Virus record (IMG/VR): IMGVR_UViG_3300035201_000143
Coordinates: 1-63,550 of that record
DNA: 63,550 nt
Origin: a virus
Lineage: Duplodnaviria; Caudoviricetes
Reading direction: 5' to 3' (one strand)
Positions 33,401 to 42,300 of this stretch are shown here, in pieces (within the stretch, counting starts at the first letter, position 1; each line of letters starts with the position of its first letter). The translations under genes and the position numbers were made by a program. The notes below the pieces were generated by a model. It did no database searches and was not told the DNA's origin. It worked only from the letters and a program-made list of their open reading frames with translations.

Positions 33401-35908
33401 ATCTGTGATGAATCCACAATCGTGGATCGTTGTTGCTCCAGCAGAGAGCCAAGGATCGATACCATATGTCTGGCCAAGAGGTACTGTTGCAACAACACCA
33501 TTGAGACCAATTCTGATGATAGAAGTTGGTGAAGTACCAGAGAGATTCTGACTTGGTGTAATGGTGGTAACAGTACCAACACCAGGTAGACTTGCATAAT
33601 CTCTGTACTCGTATAGATTCTCGGAAGAATCGTTGTAAGAGTAAGTTCTGGACTTCTCTGTACTGATGATAGTAGGTAGTACACCAGTACCTTCATAAGC
33701 AAAGGATCTAAGTACAGGTTCTGCTGTTCCATGAGATGCCCATAGAGTACCAAAGGCATTCCAATTAGGTGCGAATCTAACGTCAGCAACACCTCTAATT
33801 GGGAATAGAGCCTGTTTCTCATCTGGGTTGAAGGATACAGATTCAACTGCACCACCAATCTTGTAGATCTGACCTTCACCAACGTAGTCAAATACACGTG
33901 AAGCTTCAGCGTATACAATACTGAAGGCACGACCTTCACCGATGTATGGTCTAGTAACACTGTAAGTTGCAGAACCAGATGCCTTAAGTACAATGAATCC
34001 ATTCCATTGTGGGTTAATACGTACCCATGTGGAGGAACGAATCTTGACTGCTGCATCGAATGTCTTCTCTGCAATAAACCTGACACTGCGTGAGGTATGT
34101 GTATGACTGGTATACTGGAATCCACCAAAAGGATACTGCCATACTGTCTGAGAAATATATCCCCAATCAATATTTCCAGAGTAACCTTCAGCAATACTAC
34201 CGTAATCGAAGGCAGAACCTGCTGTATAGTTAGATACAAGAGATACAGTGTAGTCTGGGTCTACAACACCAACAACACCAACATTGATTCTTACAACCGA
34301 TCCTGTAGATGTTCCTGAGAGGATCGTATTTGTAGTGATCTCCTCAATGGTAGCAGTACCTGGCAACGGACCGAAGTCTGTATAACCAAATGGTACAATA
34401 GAACTATCGTTGTAATCCCAAGTAACTCTCTCAGCGTATGCATCTCCAGTGAAGACTGGGATGACACCAAATGGTTGCTCACCATATGTTCTCTTAACGT
34501 CAGAGACTGCACCTGTGACAGGTATAGTACCAGAACCTCTCCAGTTAGGTACGAAGTTGACCTTAACGTTAGACTGAAGTGGAGCAAGAGCACCAGTAGC
34601 AAGGTAATCTGTAGTGACTCTCTCTTCACCACCACCAATTTTGTATAGATTACCAGTACCCTCATAGGAGAATACAAATGCCTCGTCTGCTCTGGAGAAG
34701 TTGAACAGTACACCTGATCCAATTTCACTAGCAGTAATTCTCTCTGCGAGAACACCACGAACCATACTCCTGACGAATCCATTCCATCTAGGTTTGGTTC
34801 TTCCTCTACCTTTACCAAATACCTTAATGTCACCACGACCAATCCAGTTAGGTACGTAGTTCTGTTTAGCAGTACCCTTAAGTTGACCGAGACCGAATGG
34901 ATATAAGGTACCAGTGATACTAAGAAGACCCCAATCAGTATTGGTTGTCTTACCAATAGATATTGGAGCGTGTTCAATCGAGTTTGTAAACGTACCCGAA
35001 TGAGGTGCAATCTGATATCCACTAGGATCTACAGTTGCAGTTATTGTAGGATTAATTTGTACTACAGAACCTGTACTTATACCTGTAAGTACTTGGTTTG
35101 TAGAGATGACTTGATAGGACTGTACTGGAATAGTACCATAGTCCTCATAATCGAATGGAACAACAGAGGAGTTATTATATGAGTATGCTCTTCTGTTATC
35201 TTCGCTGTTAATATTAGGTAGAGTACCAGTACCCTCAAATCCAAATGTGCGCTTAACTTGCTGGACTTCTCCAGAAACCTTGGCTGTACCGTATCCAACC
35301 CAGTTAGGTCTGAAGGAAACCCCTGCGCTACTCTTGAATCTGAATAATCCCTTGGACTCAATAGAAATACTTCTAGTAACTGCACCAGAACCAATCTGAT
35401 ACAGATGTCCTTCACCAGATTCTTTCTTGGAGAAAGCTTCCGTTGTGAGGGACTGGATCCCAAATAGTCCAAAGACTTCGATATCTGGAACCCAGTGTGT
35501 AACCGCACTACCTGTGACTCGTACCGTACCCTGAACGATCCAAGGAGCAGACAGACGATAGTAAGTACCGACCATCTCGAAGACAGTACCACTACCAACC
35601 CATGCATGTAGAACTGTCCACGTTGTAGCAGTCTTCGGTCTAACAAAACCGTAAGGTCGGACAGTATCTGTGTAAATTATTCTACCCCAATCATCAACCG
35701 TAACAGCTTCTACGTCGTTGATGGATCCACCGTCTATGACAGTGGTGGGTGTTAATGCTAGTGAATTTAAACCGTAGTCGAGTTGTATAAACTCATCAAC
35801 ACATGAAGGATTCCATGAATATGAAAGTCTCTCGCCACTAAAAATACGCAACGCAAAACTAGACCCATAAGGTCCGTCTATACTAGTTGTATAGATGTGC
35901 GTTGCCAT
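30455..35908 (-). CDS. Large repeat-containing virion structural protein (1817 aa)
   Basis: Shine-Dalgarno GGAGGG upstream; natural composition; recurring W.G.G / GEGRIF.ISGA.E..TFNP and LTFAEQP repeats plus YSYN.SS and DYG.I motifs. Confidence 0.85.
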   Translation of the reverse strand: MATHIYTTSIDGPYGSSFALRIFSGERLSYSWNPSCVDEFIQLDYGLNSLALTPTTVIDGGSINDVEAVTVDDWGRIIYTDTVRPYGFVRPKTATTWTVLHAWVGSGTVFEMVGTYYRLSAPWIVQGTVRVTGSAVTHWVPDIEVFGLFGIQSLTTEAFSKKESGEGHLYQIGSGAVTRSISIESKGLFRFKSSAGVSFRPNWVGYGTAKVSGEVQQVKRTFGFEGTGTLPNINSEDNRRAYSYNNSSVVPFDYEDYGTIPVQSYQVISTNQVLTGISTGSVVQINPTITATVDPSGYQIAPHSGTFTNSIEHAPISIGKTTNTDWGLLSITGTLYPFGLGQLKGTAKQNYVPNWIGRGDIKVFGKGRGRTKPRWNGFVRSMVRGVLAERITASEIGSGVLFNFSRADEAFVFSYEGTGNLYKIGGGEERVTTDYLATGALAPLQSNVKVNFVPNWRGSGTIPVTGAVSDVKRTYGEQPFGVIPVFTGDAYAERVTWDYNDSSIVPFGYTDFGPLPGTATIEEITTNTILSGTSTGSVVRINVGVVGVVDPDYTVSLVSNYTAGSAFDYGSIAEGYSGNIDWGYISQTVWQYPFGGFQYTSHTHTSRSVRFIAEKTFDAAVKIRSSTWVRINPQWNGFIVLKASGSATYSVTRPYIGEGRAFSIVYAEASRVFDYVGEGQIYKIGGAVESVSFNPDEKQALFPIRGVADVRFAPNWNAFGTLWASHGTAEPVLRSFAYEGTGVLPTIISTEKSRTYSYNDSSENLYEYRDYASLPGVGTVTTITPSQNLSGTSPTSIIRIGLNGVVATVPLGQTYGIDPWLSAGATTIHDCGFITDPGATVREDYGFTSVFSPIRTKVSEYPFGKLVSFTSLTHDSQTKIFISDPIPWEHAIKIRSNSEVRVPPQWVTNDPTLWAWSGAAECTVVIPPTTPPLFKFAGGYTDLKFITAEEGSAHMEVSGRCQEAVVSDNYRYVVIDVSGNAGENFSLHFHGFGNLYSIGRSAEAITIDIPAFQADLTFGGLASQRFTASEQVTVDIDLSGTALEKHTEDWVGQSRTEIFNVSVVPLITKHWTGEGRIFNFSGAVEAFTFNPLELGALFDFTGRLDESRAIAIAGLVHTEVRGTSSPEILTFAEQPFGRTEVYGQADILRTHAYHGDGQVFSVGGAAESLTLKLPEFTADAVLKGAVTQSFTFGGIIGSGVFTVSGEIADPLLTFAEQPLGDIYLSGDAVVVNVDIHFGVGGLFSIGAADEAITLKLPAFQADIAFSPEKADIRAAYREIGQAEILFSGEVSEPILTFAEQPRIEVDIFGASTSSRSHVWVGEGRIFAISGAAESITFVLPEFQADMVFKGFGGFIRTFSERFTIESKLSGTARIKYIPNWIGSGGATIDVTSTFSRTRDFIGEGRIFNISGASESVTFNPEERQLLFSIGGTRTSETVAFSPDEVPVPLDITGEAFERFTPNNIGSGTIYVDVTTSVSRTRDFVGEGRIFNISGASESFTVNPDETTALFSFGGTKTERVTTREVLFGTLFAFSGASESVGVVPEATGLFTFKGRAEEATTYAEVGFGNLFNFVSSIERRTFHWNSQIDLGVSGIADEKHTEAYSGIGRLWGFAGAAETITFSPELYGVVNVFGVADTPRTRVTVGTGSFFTWNNASESRTIAVENVAIFDFLGVARQAVARNIVTDVAVEVRGSGAESFTRKGYVGEGSAQFFGESTSSITTTADGSGRIDVFEEDNVPVIVKAFVGSGRIPSLASAEVLRTFSYDGHCPIEIDITTKVIAPYQRFVSEGGVILHVGDAETRRIQVAPPRSYGWII
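31380..32720 (-). repeat. ~80-83-aa (~243-249 nt) degenerate tandem repeats in the 1817-aa gene
   Basis: DNA-level match of 31431-31540 to 31680-31790 (SRTRDF.GEGRIFNISGASES); LTFAEQP recurs near 32010, 32260 and 32505. Confidence 0.8.
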
Positions 35909-35925
35909 TTACCCTCCACTAAAAT

Positions 35926-35954
35926 AAAAAAGGGGATCCAGTAATGAATCCCCT
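35926..35954 (-). terminator. Intrinsic terminator
   Basis: Minus strand AGGGGATTCA-TTAC-TGGATCCCCT followed by TTTTT, downstream of the 35985 stop. Confidence 0.8.
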
Positions 35955-35984
35955 CACACATAATAATGAATTCAATTGAATTAA

Positions 35985-37373
35985 TCAGTCTAGGCTGACG
36001 TTCAGAGTTACTTTGATCTGGTCACCAGCGTTTTGAATAGCGTAAGGACCATTTGTGAACCTTTCAGCGAAGAATATCGCATCATAGAGTGTCACAGAAC
36101 CTGTACCATCAAGTGCTTTAGTAGTCGTGAAGGTGTTTGCATCAGGTGTCTCGAATACAATGTAAGTACCAGCAGTAGTTGTGGTATTACCTGTTCCCTG
36201 ATCGATATAAACTGCATCGCCTGGTTCTAGACCATGACCTGTAGCAGTTACTTTACTGAAGTCAAACTTAACAACGTCATTACCGTTAGAAGTTTGAATG
36301 TTCTCAATAAGAACGTTATTGAGGAATACAGTTACTGTTCCGTCTGTATCATCTGTCTCGTAATCGATACCAGTGATAACTGTAGCAGCATCGATACCAT
36401 TAGGTGTAGTTGTCTGAGAAACTCTCATTCCAAGAGCAAGATCCTCAGCAACGTTTGCTTGGAATACAGCATTACCACTAACTGCACCAGCGTTTGCCTT
36501 AGTTAGATAAACTGTAGTACCAACGATTCCAGTAACACGTGCTCCCTGAGCAACGTTAGTTCCTGTAACACGCTGACCAACAACAACTCCAGTTGTGGAT
36601 GTAACAACAATTTCAAATTCACCAGCAGTACCAGTAGCAGCAGTAGTAGCAGCAACAGCAGCAAGAGTAATATAGTTGTTTCCAATAGTACCACGAACAC
36701 CAGACTTAGAAATCTGTGTGCCAGTAGCAGCAGTACCAGCATCACCTACACCATGAATGGTTGTAGGCATGTTGTTAGCACGTGAGAGGAAATAACCGTA
36801 TACGTTACCAGCAGGACCATCAAATGTGAATGTTTGCTCTGGATAAGAAGCAGTTGTACGACCTCTACCAAAACTCAATGGTTGTGCAGTGAAGTTACCA
36901 GTGTTCTTAACACTTAAGTTAAGTGTAGTACCATCAATGTCAACAACATATGCACCAGTGCCGACAGATCCACCAGTAACATAGTCACCCTTTTTAATAC
37001 CTGTGTTAGAAGCAACCGTAACTAGGTATGTTCCAGATGTACCATCACCATTAGTTGTTGTGACAGCTGTTGGTTCAGTTTCGATTCCCCAACGGTTTCC
37101 GTTCAGCAAGATACCATACTGCTGTGCATAATCCTGATCAGTCCTATTATTGATGATGCCAGGATAACCTGTTGTAGGTGCGCCACCATAACCGTTTGTG
37201 TTGTTATCGGTGTATGGTTCGAAATATCGTGTTTGAGAGGGAGTATCACTCTCAGCAGGATATGTATCTGTAGTGAACAACTTAAGAATAAGGTTCCTAG
37301 GGATATTCTGCGAATAGTTAAGCAGATTCCTTAGAGAATCAATTTCGCCGTTGTCGGTGACTAAGAGTGCCAT
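35985..37373 (-). CDS. Virion structural protein (462 aa)
   Basis: NLILKLF..D..P.ESDT, ASYPEQTFTF.G.AGNVYGY and AERFTNGPY.IQN.GDQIKVT; T/G/A-rich; flanked by late promoters and a terminator, which suggests high expression. Confidence 0.8.
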   Translation of the reverse strand: MALLVTDNGEIDSLRNLLNYSQNIPRNLILKLFTTDTYPAESDTPSQTRYFEPYTDNNTNGYGGAPTTGYPGIINNRTDQDYAQQYGILLNGNRWGIETEPTAVTTTNGDGTSGTYLVTVASNTGIKKGDYVTGGSVGTGAYVVDIDGTTLNLSVKNTGNFTAQPLSFGRGRTTASYPEQTFTFDGPAGNVYGYFLSRANNMPTTIHGVGDAGTAATGTQISKSGVRGTIGNNYITLAAVAATTAATGTAGEFEIVVTSTTGVVVGQRVTGTNVAQGARVTGIVGTTVYLTKANAGAVSGNAVFQANVAEDLALGMRVSQTTTPNGIDAATVITGIDYETDDTDGTVTVFLNNVLIENIQTSNGNDVVKFDFSKVTATGHGLEPGDAVYIDQGTGNTTTTAGTYIVFETPDANTFTTTKALDGTGSVTLYDAIFFAERFTNGPYAIQNAGDQIKVTLNVSLD

Positions 37374-37410
37374 TGTTTTCCTCTGTCCTAATTACGTTGC
37401 TATGTATGAT

Positions 37411-37435
37411 TATTTATAACCACCAATTATTTATA
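37411..37435 (-). promoter_or_regulatory. Two late promoters TATAAATA (37411-37418, 37428-37435)
   Basis: Two exact motifs upstream of 37373. Confidence 0.7.
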
Positions 37436-38150
37436 GTTTTATCCTCAGCGCAACACTAGCCTTACTTATGTTCAGGACGTGGTTTACGTTGAATCTGAAA
37501 ATATCACCAGCGTTAACTGTGGTGTTCCAAGTCGAAAGATTATCATCTTTCGATTTAATTTCTGTACTAGTATTTAGAATACCTAGTTTGGGTGTTTCTG
37601 TTCCTGTTATTGAAGTGAAATTCGGATAGTCATTATAAGAACACTTCAATATATCTATTTCAATATTACCTGCGACATCTGCCACTATAACAAATGATTC
37701 AATTGTACCAGTAACATCCACTGCCATATCACCCTTCGGACCAATTGCCATTGGGAATGATCCAGAGTCAATAACGAAGTTGAGAGTTCTGGTTAAATCT
37801 GCTGTAGTTACTAAAGCAACACCAGAAAATCTATGTCCAGAAGCGGGTGGATTACTAAAAACGATTTGATCGTTTGAAACGATATAATCTGTATTTGGTT
37901 TGAGAACTATATCATTGATGGATATCAATAACTGCTGTTCATCTATTGGTGTATATGGTGATCCATCAACAGAAAGACTGAATGTATCTTGTGTACCATC
38001 GAATCCACCAGATATATCATCAAGAATTAAATTTGTATACTGTGTAGACTTGGTTGGAATTTGATAATTAACATCCAAGTTATACGCAGGGTTCTCTCTC
38101 AGAGCAACACTATGTTGCTGAGATCCAACTCTAACGGTATACTCTGCCAT
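37431..38150 (-). CDS. Structural protein (239 aa), baseplate/fibre-associated
   Basis: LDDIS..FDG...F.L..G...QLLISIN.I...P..DY.V....IVFS.PP repeat, also seen in gp7; C-terminal LSTWNTTVNAGDI. Confidence 0.75.
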   Translation of the reverse strand: MAEYTVRVGSQQHSVALRENPAYNLDVNYQIPTKSTQYTNLILDDISGGFDGTQDTFSLSVDGSPYTPIDEQQLLISINDIVLKPNTDYIVSNDQIVFSNPPASGHRFSGVALVTTADLTRTLNFVIDSGSFPMAIGPKGDMAVDVTGTIESFVIVADVAGNIEIDILKCSYNDYPNFTSITGTETPKLGILNTSTEIKSKDDNLSTWNTTVNAGDIFRFNVNHVLNISKASVALRIKL

Positions 38151-38485
38151 TAGGAAGATACTCCAGGATTAACTTCAACTAATCCTTCAATAACTCTTGT
38201 CTTGTATCCTGTTGGAGCAGTCAAGAGAATATCATAAACATACCTTCTACGATCCAAAGCACCTGTTTCTGTACTATTCATTGATATACCAATCTCACCA
38301 GCAGTTCTGTTAACGAATACCAAAGGTACAGCTACACTAGAAGTACTGGTGTAGCTTGTTTTAAAAGCTGCCTCACCAGTATATCCTGTCATGTTAAGTG
38401 GAGTACCATCTTTATTGGTAATAAAGAAAGTCACGTCATAGTTAGCATGACGGTCAACGACTATGTTTACAGGTATCGCTGCCAT
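38150..38485 (-). CDS. Small structural protein (BppU-N/Ig-like, 111 aa)
   Basis: P.N.TGY, G.I.I....ET..L...RYVYD.L and RVIEG.V.V.PGV pattern common in phage baseplate Ig-like proteins. Confidence 0.7.
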   Translation of the reverse strand: MAAIPVNIVVDRHANYDVTFFITNKDGTPLNMTGYTGEAAFKTSYTSTSSVAVPLVFVNRTAGEIGISMNSTETGALDRRRYVYDILLTAPTGYKTRVIEGLVEVNPGVSS

Positions 38486-38503
38486 TAGATTCTAGAAGTT
38501 ACT

Positions 38504-38719
38504 TTATTTAGTTGGTTTTTTAGGCGGTATTGGTTTTCCACCATTAGCCGCAAGTTCATCTGGATCAGGAGATTCTAGAAGATCTAATGTCTCTAATCCA
38601 CCAATAATTTTAAATCTATATTCTTTCAACTCAGTCAGACTCTTTTCAGTTGTTGAGATCTTAGTCTCTGCCTCACCCAATTGTCGTGTGAGTTCATTAC
38701 GTATTTTACTTGCTTCCAT
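38504..38719 (-). CDS. Small coiled-coil hypothetical protein (71 aa)
   Basis: Heptad-like helix ending KIIGGLETLDLLE; GATAAATA late box at 38740-38747 upstream. Confidence 0.7.
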   Translation of the reverse strand: MEASKIRNELTRQLGEAETKISTTEKSLTELKEYRFKIIGGLETLDLLESPDPDELAANGGKPIPPKKPTK

Positions 38720-38738
38720 AATAAAAGTTTAATAATAA

Positions 38739-39302
38739 TTATTTATCAGCGTTTCTTTCTCGGATCCATCCAGTACATATGTACTTAGTTTCAGATTTTG
38801 GAGCAACTCCTCGATGAACCCATGGCCATAATCCAGGAAATATTACTAGTTTCCCCATTTCTGGTTGAATCTTTAATCCTGAATTAAATTCAGTATAACC
38901 ATCTTCCATTACATCATTTAGATACCATATAAATGTCAAACGTCTAGTTTCTAATTGATCATGATGCCATTTATAAAATCCACCTGGTTGTGTTTCTTGT
39001 ATTTGATATCCAGTATCTTCTGGAAGAAAATTCAACACAAAATCTTCATATGGATGAGGAAGCCATTTTACATAATAATCTAAATTGAGTCCTATTGATT
39101 TAAAGAATACATTATCTTCTTTTTCCCAGTCAGAAGAACCAGTAATAAGAAGATCAGTAGATTGTTTAATATCCAGATCTACACCTCTACCAATCTTACC
39201 TTGATATCGATTATCATCTTTCTTAAATTTTTCAATTACATGTTCACAAAAATCTTTATCTAACTGTTTCTTTGCGACATATACCAAATCATCAATACGC
39301 AT
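38739..39302 (-). CDS. 2OG-Fe(II) oxygenase (prolyl-4-hydroxylase-like)
   Basis: YKWHHD, LTFIWYLNDV..GYTEF, PEMGKLVIFP..WPWVHRG and KYICTGW. Confidence 0.9.
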   Translation of the reverse strand: MRIDDLVYVAKKQLDKDFCEHVIEKFKKDDNRYQGKIGRGVDLDIKQSTDLLITGSSDWEKEDNVFFKSIGLNLDYYVKWLPHPYEDFVLNFLPEDTGYQIQETQPGGFYKWHHDQLETRRLTFIWYLNDVMEDGYTEFNSGLKIQPEMGKLVIFPGLWPWVHRGVAPKSETKYICTGWIRERNADK

Positions 39303-39312
39303 CTAAAATACT

Positions 39313-42300
39313 TTAAGTCTTCATAATATAGCACAAAGCATAGTATGGTGGCAAGTTCTCATGTGAAGAACCACTTCCCTTAGAGTTTGTGTTGGGATTT
39401 GCGTTACCTGTGTTTCCATTACCATTACTGCTAGTACCTGGATTTTCACTACCTGTGCTTCCACTACCACCACCAGTAGTTCCACTTATACTAATCGTTG
39501 TGTTATGAGTATGGTCTTCACTGACTCCTAAAGTATCGAAGTAGTGTGCGTGAGCGTTAGTAGTTCCACTATTGACAGTACCCATATTAGTACCACCATT
39601 AGAGTCACCCAAATATCTGGTTCCACCAGTGTTTATAGTACCTTGATGACTACCGTAGATACTGTGTGCGTGTGAACCACTATTAGATGTGTTTCCACTA
39701 TGATAATGGTTATCACTTTGTGTTCCACTAGTTCCACTTCCTGAACCACTGAATGAGTGAGTGTGACTACCAATACTATGGGAGTGATTATCTACAGTGT
39801 GACTGTGGCTACCTATACTATGTGTATGATTGTCAACTGAGTGTGAGTGTGACGGCATTTGTGCTTCCGTCAAGGTTACAGTAGAAGCACCACCAGTAGC
39901 ATCAACAGCGTAACTATTTCCAGCACCAACAACAAACCTATTTCTTAAGTCAGGAGTACTGTTGTTACCATCACACAGAACCCATCCATTAGGAATAGCA
40001 CTCTGTGCTCCAGACCACATAATAATACCACCAGCAGGGAATGAATCACCACCTCCAGTAGGAGCAGCTGCTGCCCAAGCAGTTCCATTATATGTTAGAA
40101 CATCATTGGTAGAAACAGATCCAGTAGTTACATCAGTTAGGTCATTAATAGCAAGACTAGGTGTAGGTGGATTAATCCATTCTATTTCAGTACCAGTTGA
40201 ACTTAATATTTGACCTGATGATCCAATATCATTATCCTTATCAATAATACCACCATGGAACTTACAACCACCATCAGCAGTTTCAAAGCAAAGGACGTTT
40301 GCATAATTTAAACCAACTTCAGCATTCTTCTTAAAGTATGCCATAACTCCACTTACCCAATCAAGTTGGATAGTGGTTCCAGAACCAGCAGCGGCTATAT
40401 GGAAAGTACTATCAGCATAACTGTAGAGATAAGTTGAAGTATTGTTATTTCTAAGTTCAGCTCTCTTAGTGTTACTACCTACAAGTAGGTAAGAATCAGA
40501 ATCTGCGTTACCTACCTTAAGTTTGTTATTTGTATTATCCCATACTAAAGAAGCATCTCCTTCAAAGGAACCTGAATCATTAAACTGTACCTGTGTATCA
40601 GAACCACCAGGATCTGTAACATTAGAATTCGCATCTGCTTGGTTAGTCCACTTACTTGTGGCATTATCCCACTTAAGTACTTGACCACTAGTAGGTGATC
40701 CAGTAATAACAACATCAGCTAAGTTTGCAATAACAGCTGTGTTATCTAAATAAGCACTTAAATCTGGTGGAGTATATGAGAATACACCATTAGCATTATT
40801 ATAAGAAATAGCACCAGAACCAGAAGCAACCTGTGGTGATCCTACTGATAGACTCGTTAATGCAATGAAAGTACTAACATTAGGAGGAGTATATGAGAAT
40901 ACACCTGTAACATTATCATAAGATAATGCTGCTGTACCTGCTGTATTACTAGTTACAGATATATCTGTTAATCCAATACCAGGATCTCCTGCAATCCATT
41001 CTGAACCATCATATTGAAGAACATCATTTGTAGAAGGATTTAATGCACCTTTAACATCACCAAGATCATTTAAGTTTATACCATTAACAGTAAAATCAAG
41101 AGTTCCAGTACTATCTTCATAGGTTACTCCAATACCTGTTTCGGTATTACCAGTTACCATTGCTCCAACAATATCCTGAACTTCCTCAGTTGTTAGTGTA
41201 CTACCACCAGCATCAGGAGCATTCTCCCAACTTGCACCATTATACTTTAATACGTGTCCATTCTGAGGAGATGCAATAGTTACATCAGAAAGATCATTTA
41301 CTGCAACAGCAGTTAAGTAACTACTTAAATCTGGAGGAGTATATGTGAATACACCACTTGTATTTGTATATGCAAGTCCACCACTACCAGAAGCAGAAGC
41401 GTTAGAACCAACAGAGAATGCTGTTAGATCTGTACTTGCAGCAGAAAGGTCAGGGGGAGTATATGTGAATACACCAGTTGTATCATTGTATGCTAATGCT
41501 GCTGTACCTGCTGTTGCAGTAGTTATAGAAAGATCTGCTAATGCAATACCACTTCCACCTGTTGCTGTTTGATCAGAAGCAGAGATCCACTTACTAGTTC
41601 CATTATCCCACTTAAGTACATGTCCATCAGTAGGAGATCCAGCATTAACGTCAGCAAGATCATTAAGGTTCTTACTAGAAAGATCTATAGTTGTTAGATA
41701 TGTACTAGAGTCAACACTACCATCTGCCTTTAAGAATTGAGATGATGTTCCACCTGTCTTAATAATAGAATTCGCAGTTAGATCACCAGTAGATCCTTCA
41801 ATTTTTGCTCTCCATACATTAGTAGAAAGATTACCAATATAGAGTCCTTTTCCATCATCAGTACTGATGCCAGTAGCAGCATCAAGAGTTATAGCATAAG
41901 CTCCAGCATTCTGTACATCAAGTCTACCAGCACCAGATCCACCAGTGAATATAACATTATTAGTTGAAGTTGCTCCTCTTCCAGTAACAGTCTCAAGAGT
42001 ATCTGTTTCAGTAACAGAAGTTAGATAACTACTGAGATCTGGTGGGGTATACGTAAATACACCAGTAGAATCATTATATGCAATTCCACCACCACCTGAA
42101 GCAGAAGCGTTAGAACCTACAGAAAGATCTGATAATACAATTCCACTAGTACCAGTAATGACAAGGTTCCCAGTACCACCACCTTGTCCGAAGGTGATTC
42201 CAGTACCAGCTACAAGGTTTAATGTCTGTGGAGTACCAGCACCATTATTTGTATAAACTATTTGAGATGTAGTTGCATTAGCATGGTTGAATACAAGAGT

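Noticed and set aside
30439-33452. Calling the 960-aa and 755-aa alternative-frame ORFs bona fide proteins
   Set aside because: Composition (L/Q/S/V-rich and R/W/C/Y-rich) is what frameshifted translation of the main gene would give, and no domain is recognisable. Their openness is reported as a finding, but they are not listed as CDS.
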